Origin: Octopus vulgaris
Taxonomy: Eukaryota
Direction: 5' to 3'
Assembly (NCBI GenBank): GCA_951406725.2
Contig: OX597838.1
Span: 43,710,001 to 43,774,000, forward strand
Length of the DNA stretch: 64,000 nucleotides
Part shown: piece by piece, positions 55,237 to 64,000 of the stretch
How positions within the stretch are numbered: the stretch's first letter is position 1
Layout of the letters: each line of letters begins with the position of its first letter
Made by a program: the position numbers and the translations under genes
The notes under the pieces: model-generated
What the model saw: only the letters and a program-made list of their open reading frames with translations
The model's database searches: none
What the model was told of the DNA's origin: nothing

Positions 55237-55324
55237 ACCTACCACCTTCTAGCAACGGGAACAGTAGACCAGCCTCGTTTCGGGCTATTTCTGCCTTTCT
55301 CCAGTAATGGACACCTCGTTTGCT

Positions 55325-56468
55325 ATAGAGATATAGTCTTTATTATGATCCTATTTACCGGACATAGAGAGGACAATACAAGACATCACAAACAAAGTGT
55401 CCATGGGTTCATAAACGAGTTTTAAAAATATCATGAGGTATTTAAATATAATTAAAAATATTAAAACTTTGGCCGTGAAGTCCACCGGATACACCGTACT
55501 ACTTTACTATGGTTGAGATTAAGCAGGGTCATTCACCCCCAACTTTCTTTCTACATCCTTCCATCTTTCCCCGTATGCACTTCGCGACAGGCGTCTTTTC
55601 TCCAGCCCTTTATTGCTTTTCAGATAATATCTGAAGTAGTATAGCAAGCCAAGGGCAGAGATTAAGGTTCCCGTCGCGACTCCTTTCATTCTAAATGATC
55701 ACATGCACTCTTTTAGTACTGCGACTGCGCATAAGAAACATGCCTTACCTTCCTTTGACAGTCCGGGTGGTAGCACAATCTCAATCATGGACTCAGCCGA
55801 CAGCTGTACTCTTCCCAGATGCGTAAATTATGAAACCCCGAAAGCCCCAGACACTGAACAAGGGCGTGAAGAACTATTTCATCGTCCTGCCCGCACCTTG
55901 GGCATGCCGGTGGCATAGACATTCCATGCCTAGCAGTTTATCACGAACAGGTAAAGCACTTCTATAGCACTGCCAGGCCAGGCCAGGGATTTCTACTAGT
56001 TATCCAGGTACCCCGGCCCGAAAGTTCTGATCAGGTTGGCTAAGTGGCCCTCATCGAGCCCAAGAACTTCTCCTAGGACGTCATCCCACTTGAATTTTAC
56101 CAGCCCGCTATAGAGTATCACGGTGGTACTCCCGCTGCCGGCCTTGCCCGCCTTCTGGATTAGCACGAGTGCCTCTCGGCACTCTTTTTGCCATTCAGTC
56201 AGGTTACGTCTTTTCATGAAACTGGGTTTAAACTCTTCCAAGGAAGCCCGTCGCTGAGAGAACGTCTCTGCCAGCGGAACCCACATCTGTTCACCCTCCA
56301 GGTAGATCCAGAGATACCTCAACTTTAGCGCATGTCTTCACATCAGCCACGGCATCCCTAACCCACCCTTTAGCGGTTTTTGGCAGCAGAAGGAGCGACT
56401 AACAAGCGGTTTTCTTCCTTATCGCAAAAAGCGGAAGAGAAGGCGTTCCAACTTGTTTAGCCATGAAT
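55325..56468 (-). mobile_element. Tx1/L1-clade LINE 3' fragment (second family)
   Basis: LWIYLEGEQMWVP..EWQKECREAL..LYSGLV..FGPGYLDN aligns by eye with LRLFVDDGEQVWSP..EWHRECRVAL..FYRGLV..FEPGLMDN at 10500-10850. AATAAA on the minus strand near 55340. Confidence 0.88.
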
Positions 56469-56479
56469 CATAGCAAGGA

Positions 56480-58741
56480 ACAACGGTCAGACGGTAGTTG
56501 ATAACACATGCAATATACACCTGCACCACCTCTGCCCTCTCTTTCAGGGATAACACCCTTCCAGATCAGGTCCGGGTCAACCAACGATAGAATAAGTACC
56601 TCACCTCCTATTGCCCTCTGCTCTCCAACTCCACGTTTAAATACGAACAGACTGTGTCCTCCACTATTCGTGAACTCATTTTCTCCTACCGTCTCTCTCC
56701 CACCGCCTCCACTTTCATTGTCCGTATTCCATGCACCTGCACTACTTACATCCTTCCCAAAATCCACAAGCCCGACAGCCCTGGCCACCCCATCGTCTCC
56801 GCATGCAACCGCTCCACGGAAATAACCTCTAAATACCCCGACCGTGTCCTTGCCCCTAGTGACTTCCCTTCCCCCACATCCACGACTCCAGCCATGCCCT
56901 CCATCTGTTTAACCCTTTCTCCTTCCCTTCTGGCTCCTCTCAACTTCTCTTCACTCTTGATATCAAAAGTTTATATACGGTGAGCCCACACAACGAAGAA
57001 CTTTTTGTGCTCAAACTCTTTCTAGACCTCCGGCTTGATCCTCAACCTGACACCTCTACACTTCTTCGTCAGGCTGAACTCGTCCTTTCCTTCACCTAAT
57101 CTCGGGAGTGGCCATGGGAACGTGAATGGGCACCAACGATGCGAACTGTTCGTTGGCAACGTTGAGGTTTAAATATTCTCATAGTTCACTGGTCCCACTC
57201 CTTAGCTATATAGACATTACATCGATGACTGTATCAGCGCAACCTCACTCCTCCGCGAACAACTGTTCTCCTTCCTCTCCTTTGTCCAGTCCTTCTATCC
57301 TTGTCCTCGAATACTCGTGCACCTTCTCTAACTCTTCCGTCGAAATTTCTCGACATTTCTGGCAACATACACCACTCCACTCTCACCCCCCTCCATCCAC
57401 AACAAACACACTCACACTCTTATCTTAACTTCTTCTCCTCCTCCCACCCTACTCACACCAAGCTCTCCAGCTCCAAATCCCAATTCATCCGTCTGTGCAG
57501 GCTCTGCAGTAACGACTCAGTTTCAATTCATGGCTCACCACTTCATCCGACATGGATATCTCCTCGCCATTATTCCCACTGCCCTTACTCGGGCACGATC
57601 TGTGGACCGTGCCTCTGCTCTTTCTCCTCGTACTCGCCTCACCTTTACCCGTTTCCCGTTTCCTATCACCTACCACCCCTCCATCCTACCCCTCCAACGC
57701 ATCACTCTCCGAGTTTTACGGCGACTCCAGTCAAACCCCTCCACCTCGTACATCTTCTCTAACCTACCCCTTCCATCCTTCAGAAGAGCCAATAACCCAC
57801 TGTTTCTTCCCTAACTCCGCCACTCAGCCTGGCTCCTTCCCCTGCTCCCGCACCTCTCCCTACCTCTCCAAAACTACTCTCCTCACAATCACTCATTTCC
57901 CTCCCCATCACGTCACCGACACCTTTGCCTGCATCGCTAGTAATGTTATTTACTGCATCTCCTTCTCTCTTTGTCATTCCCTGTACATTGGTCGCTGCTT
58001 GGTTGACCGGTTCGTGGAGCACCTCCAGGACATCAGACTGGGCAATGGCACCCCGGAATCGCGCCATTTCCGCTCTACTGGTCATTCGCTACAACATCGG
58101 TCTGTGTTCGAACCGTTTCTGCGTAGGCCTCCCACCTTCACCGTGAACAGGAATTAAACTTCTCTATTCGTTCCTTTGCTCCACATGGGCTTAACTCATC
58201 TTCACTCTTCATCTGACACCAAACTCACCTATCTTCATTTGGCACCAATTCCACACGGATTCTCACTCACCTTCCACAATCTCCAACTACACACCCGCAT
58301 GCCACCCACCTCCATACCCTCACCCCCACACACCACTATACACACACCTATACACATCAATTGCTACGCACAACACACACACACCGCACACACGTTACAC
58401 GCGCATACACTCACACAAACCATTCTCACATACACACGCTTGCGGACTTTCTGTTGTTGGAGTCACCATGAACTATTTCCCTTTCATTCAACCTCTCCTT
58501 ATTATTTTCTCCCTTTCATTCAACTTCCCTTTTGCCAATGGGACCTTTTGCCAATGCTGGACCATTGAACTCAACACATTTTTTTCATTCTCACTCAATT
58601 TATTTTCTCTTATTCCTTTCTGTCGAAGAGGGTAGGCTCAAAACGTAAAAGACTTTTCCATTTTACCCGAGTGTCAAACTAATACACTTATTGTTGTTCT
58701 TATACCTGTCTTAGTCTTTGTTTTTTTTTATAAATTTGTAC
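56480..58741 (+). mobile_element. Decayed Penelope-like element (RT plus C-terminal GIY-YIG, Neptune-like)
   Basis: YILPKIHKPDSPGHPIVSAC, FTLDIKSLYT, GVAMGT, YIDD, FLDIS, HPTHTK, then FACIASNVIYCI..C..LYIG..DRFVEH..RHF. Mutated HHR-like motif at 58616-58651; ends at (TA)n. Confidence 0.93.
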
Positions 58742-58769
58742 TATATATATATATATATATATATAACAA

Positions 58770-58930
58770 ACAGGCTTCTTTCAGTTTCCGTCTACCAAAT
58801 CCACTCACAAGGCTTTGGTCAGCCCGAGGTTATAGCAGAAGAGATTTGTCTAAGGTGCAACGCAGTGGGACTGAACCCGGAATCATGTAATTGGGAAGCA
58901 GGCTTCTTACTACATAGCCACGCTTGCACC
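58770..58930 (-). mobile_element. SINE family A head half
   Basis: ggcttctttcagtttccgtctaccaaatccactcacaaggc..gcagtgggactgaacccgg. Confidence 0.85.
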
Positions 58931-59874
58931 TCATGTGGAAGAAAAATTGTTATTGCACCATTACATATCGAAACACCGAATTTAGTATTAAAATATATCG
59001 TAATGAATTTGTATACGCTGATTCTCATTGCTTGATTTGAGTTGTGATGCCTGTGAATAAGTGGTGAAAGTTGTTAATGATAAGTAAACTTGTGAAACAT
59101 AAGACAGTATTTTATGGAAAATGAGAAGAAGGAATAAAGAAGGAAACAAACAAGTGATGTAGCAGAACTCGATCGATCTACACAGGCATAGACGCATCGT
59201 ATTTTATCGTAAGCTATTTGTTCTTTTGACATTATTGTGGCCTGAGATCAAATGACTAAACTAAAATTTCAAAGAGACAGAAGATATTTTTAAACACTGA
59301 ATACAATAAATTTTCTTACGTCTGAACCTTGAAAGCAGGAATGAATTAAAACTATACGACTAAAGTATTTATCGCGAACGTAACAAAAAAAACATTGAAA
59401 TATGAACGTTTGTGTGATGAATAGGTTACAGATGGCAAAGTGCACTTGTGTCAATTCTTTTGTTCACTCATATTTTTCTGCTTCTGCCACCACATCGAAA
59501 AAATATAACTGTGTTTTGTGTTTGCGGTTAAAAATAATAGAAATTATAAGCTTTTAATGCATGATAACCATTTGGTTTGACTGAGGTTAGGCAATGCAAT
59601 CTTTTTTACGAATAGAAAGGTAGTATGTCAACTCGGGAAATTATTTTTGATATATCTTGGTGTAGCTCAGCATGTCGGATATTATAGTGGGTGAACGGTT
59701 AGCACATCAAACATGGGTATTTGTTCTGTGTGTTAAGTTCAAATTCCACCTGAATCAATTTTGGCTTTTCCGGGTGTATTTTTTTTAAAAGAAAAAATAC
59801 CAATCGAAGACGGTGCATTTGGGAAAGTATAAAAGCTTCAAATGTTAACACATGACCAGGAAGTTCGTGGGTGG

Positions 59875-60040
59875 AGGCAAGTCGAATATATCGACCCCCA
59901 GTGCTTAACCGGTATTTACATTATCAATCCCAAAAGAATAGAAGGCAAAGTCGATATCGGTGAACTGAACGTAAAGACGGACGAAATGCCGCTAAGCATT
60001 TGGCTCGGCATGCAAACGATCCTGCCAACTCGCCGCGAAA
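59875..60040 (-). mobile_element. SINE family C
   Basis: tcgacccccagtg..aaggcaaagtcga..gacgaaatgccgctaagcatt. Confidence 0.75.
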
Positions 60041-60964
60041 GATTAAAAATAATGAATTGGATGGTTTGTAATATTAGATCGGTTTTTTTTTATTTACTGA
60101 ATCCTAAATCTTTTTAAGGTACAAAAAAAAATTGTACTCCCAACAGCCTCTTGGTCTGGTGAGGAGACTGAGCCAAACCCTAGCAATAACAAAAGTCAGT
60201 GGGGAGAGCTGGAGGGAGATAGGAGAGGGGCTTCTTCAGCTGAAGTGGCAAGTAGTTTGGAAAAGGACTGAAGGAATGGGTGAATACAAGCATGTACACA
60301 CACCACACAGACACACAGACACATACACACACACAAACACAAATTCACACACACATAACTATATAATTATTTTAGCCAATTGTGTTTGATGTTAATCTGA
60401 CCTTTTCAGCGAGTGTGGTATGGTGTTATTGTAAAAGCAGCTTTTTAAGTGAACGACTTGCACCTTCTCCTCGCGCTATATATAACTAAGTAAGGGCGCA
60501 AAGCAAGTGTTTACGTATAATCACAATTTAAGCTAGATGAAATATATTTATTGTCACATATTTCAACAGCTAAAGGCAAATACACTGCAGTTACTGTGGA
60601 GAAAAAATGGTAAAAAGGTGCGAAAACACCTAGTTCGTTCCGTGTTGCCATCTCTCGCGAATCTCAGACATTGATGTTTCGAGTTTATTGACTGTTGTCA
60701 ATGAGATCTACCTAAGAGAGGCAACTCTGAACGAACTAAATAGAGCTTGTAGCTTTATATATAATTCAGTTAACAGGTTGACTGATTTATGCTAGTAGAT
60801 CGCTCGCATCGACAAGAGTCAATAAACTCGAAACAACGATGTCCGAGATTCCCGAGAGATGGCGACACTGAACGAACTAGGTGTTTTCACACCTTTTTAA
60901 CATAAGAAGGATTTATCTTTAGCAGTTGAAATATGTGACAAACATATTTCAACAAACATTAATT

Positions 60965-61012
<48 letters not shown>

Positions 61013-61196
61013 TAAGTAATTAAGGGTTTAGCAACGATTTGCCTCACCACACACCGAATTTAGAAATAGCAGTCAAAGAGTTATAGCTATTCTTTCTACT
61101 AAAAGGGAGATCTCAGTAAAACCACAGCACTTGAAAGGCAAACACAGACAGGCAAGAGAGAAAGAAATGACGACAATCGATCATACAATATTAAGT

Positions 61197-61279
61197 CACC
61201 TACGTTTCGAAATTAAGTTTTAGGAAATCATAAGAATTAGATAATTATGTCTTACCCAACTTCTTTTCTCATCAGCGTA
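61197..61279 (-). ncRNA. Hammerhead-like motif, canonical CUGAUGA core with extended stem II
   Basis: UACG CUGAUGA GAAA..AAGUU..AACUU..UUUC GAAA CG UA GGUG. One G.G mismatch at the base of stem I. Confidence 0.6.
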
Positions 61280-61429
61280 GGACACTACAATTATGAATAA
61301 TTGTATATTAAATTTCGAGGTACTAGAAGACATCATCTCAACTCAGTATCAGAGCGAGCTAAAGCCGTTACCAGTATCACCAAATTCAAAGTGTGAATGA
61401 AAGTTTGTGTCACCAACCCCCTCCCACCA

Positions 61430-61513
<84 letters not shown>

Positions 61514-62095
61514 TATATATATATATGTATGTATATGCATATATACATGCATACATAAATGCATATATAAATACACGCACACGTATATAGGTACATACAC
61601 ACATATACATATGTCCGTGTGTGAATGATTGTGTATGCGTGAGTGTGTGCATGTGTGCGTGTGCATACATATATACGGTGGGCTTCTTTCAGTTTCCATC
61701 AACCAAATCCATTCACAAGGCTTTGGTCGGCTCGCGGCTATTAAGAAAACATTTGCCCGAGGTGCCGTTTTCTTTACTCATTTTAAAATCTTAAATATAT
61801 TTTAGTCACTGGTCGCCATGTATAGTACCATTTCATCCTTATTCGAAATTTGCAACATGTTATAACTTCACTGATTTAAGCAGCTTGCGAAGTGAGATCC
61901 TATTGACTTCAGGATTTCATGAAATGTGTGGCATATTCAAACTGTTTCAACATGATGTATATTTGGACCTCCCCAACCTCCCCAAATAGAACTGACTGAA
62001 GGTCTTGTGGGCCAACCCACCTCTAGTTATCCCAAGTTCTTTCTTTGTTATCATCAAATTTATATGAAATTACTAATATAATTTTTCATTTGTAG

Positions 62096-62218
62096 ATCTT
62101 ATGGATTTTGCGGGAAGAAATAATACCGCTCGATATCATGACTGTAGTTGGTACTGGGAGAATAATTCCGGTGAACAAGACTCGATCACAGGAAGAATAC
62201 TTCTACTGATGAAACTAG
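62096..62218 (+). other. Candidate 123-bp internal exon of an unidentified gene
   Basis: Branch-like tactaat (62071), tttttcatttgtag acceptor, ag|gtaaga donor. One frame is open throughout (phase 1-1). Confidence 0.4.
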
Positions 62219-62725
62219 GTAAGAGTCAGGCCTCCCCTGAGGAAAAGGCAAATACGTCATTTTCTTTTATAAGTTCTCAGATAACTGAACTTTGATTCCA
62301 TGTGAACTGGTTCAATCTCGTTAAACGTGGACTCATTAATATTGGTGAGTGAGTAGGTGGGAAAAAACAACGCATCTATTTCACAATCTCTTCAAAGATA
62401 GGTTCTTAACAACAGTTTATATAGATTAGATATGAAATTCGTCACCCAACCAATAAAAAGGAAGCAATTCATTAGTTTATAATTCTATTAGTCTCCTCAA
62501 CACTATGCTGCGCATGAAAAACCAAAATGGCTACTTAAACAACTAAATGTATATAAACTGTTTGTAAGACGATCCGTTTGTTTGGTTTGAATATATTTTC
62601 CGAAATATTATATGACTATGTATCAGACGAAGTCACTATTTAAATATTAAATTCTGTGGAGTCCACTCTCTTCTATCAAGTAATTCATATTATAGCGTCT
62701 GTCTGTCTGTCTGCCTGTCTGTCAG

Positions 62726-62833
<108 letters not shown>

Positions 62834-62843
62834 AATATACTAT

Positions 62844-62890
<47 letters not shown>

Positions 62891-63272
62891 TTTCGATGCA
62901 AATGGTGCCATAAGATTTTAGTTTATATAAAAGTACTATTAATATATATATATATATATATATATACCAGAGACAAGTCAAAAATAATGGTCATTACATA
63001 TTTATTAGACCAAAGTTCGCTTACAGATGTTTCCGGTAGTCATTATAGCTACATTACTGGTAGGTTTACTCAACTGGTCTGTTGATCAATTGAGGTAATT
63101 TGAACGGCCTAAGAAAATTAATGATACTTTCTTCAGACAGAGTCATAGCTAAAAATCCTTTATTTCTAACGTGTCTCTTTTATATCCCTCTGAAGTCAAT
63201 GCACGGATTTACAAAATAGAATTGGGATGAACCATAACTTGGGACTCTATCAAAAGATTACTTGAAGATTTT

Positions 63273-63691
63273 TGATCTTTTCGGTTTGAACGGCAGTTTT
63301 TTCTAGCGGTGTCATATGAAATTGTCATCCATAATTATGACCTTAGTATTCGATCTATTGCATTTCAATCTGTTTTAGGGTTAGGGTTAGGGGTGGGGGG
63401 AAGGGCATCTTTTTTTCTTCATAAATGTAAATAAATCCAATCTGTTTCTTAAACGAGGGACATATTCATACGGCACAGAATGTTTTCACCTCAATAGACG
63501 TCATTGATTGGTTGAAATTGCAGAAATTGAAGAAAAAACAACAACAAATATCCTACACACTATAGAATTTTCTCAATAAAGCCAAGAGAAAAAGATGTTT
63601 TATAAACACATTCTACCAGTATACAAAGTTTAAAAGTGTTTAGTTACGTGGAAATTATTTTAAAAAACTGCCGTTCAAACCGAAAAGATCC
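63273..63691. mobile_element. Second copy of the TTAGGG-containing MITE
   Basis: Nearly identical to 53717-54142. TIR gatcttttcggtttgaacggcagtttt / aaaactgccgttcaaaccgaaaagatc; degenerate 8-bp flanks aagatttt / aagttctt. Confidence 0.92.
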
Positions 63692-63787
63692 AAGTTCTTC
63701 TCTAATCTGAGTAATATTGTCAGCCTGGTGTACCAACAGAGAGCTTATGAAGTATTTTACCCGGATTGATAATCCCTCACTATTTGT

Positions 63788-63834
<47 letters not shown>

Positions 63835-63839
63835 CAGTT

Positions 63840-64000
63840 TCAAATTTTAGCAGTTTCGAGGCCAGCAATTTAGAGGGAAGGAGTAAGTCGATTACATTAA
63901 CCCCAGAGATCAACAGGTGCTCGTATTTGTTTCTATTTTTCGAATCTAAAAGAAGTCGACGTCGGTGAAATTTGAACTCTGAACGTAAAGATAGACGAAA
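63840..64000 (-). mobile_element. SINE family C, cut by the window edge
   Basis: taagtcgattaca..gtcgac..gaaatttgaactctgaacgt..agacgaaa. Confidence 0.7.

Overview
Eukaryotic, AT-rich, repeat-dominated DNA. The SINE repertoire and microsatellite load look like an octopus (coleoid cephalopod) genome; this is an inference from recalled repeat motifs. No intact protein-coding gene is recognisable, and nearly all listed ORFs are microsatellite or antisense-repeat artefacts. Recognisable content: a young but disrupted Tx1/L1-clade LINE sitting in a (TATC)n tract, two further Tx1-like fragments, four decayed Penelope-like elements (PLEs; RT and/or GIY-YIG), an RTE LINE 3' end, three mariner relics, two copies of a TTAGGG-containing MITE, dozens of SINEs of three families, and one candidate spliced exon. 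The most interesting signal is about 18 hammerhead-ribozyme (HHR)-like motifs, found by eye at the ends of PLE or PLE-like fragments that abut (TA)n tracts. They include canonical cores and apparent natural core variants (G3-C8 swap, U3-A8, U4C, and a family-wide A6U), often inside fold-back palindromes. All folds were assigned by eye, none has been tested for activity, and repeat boundaries are approximate.
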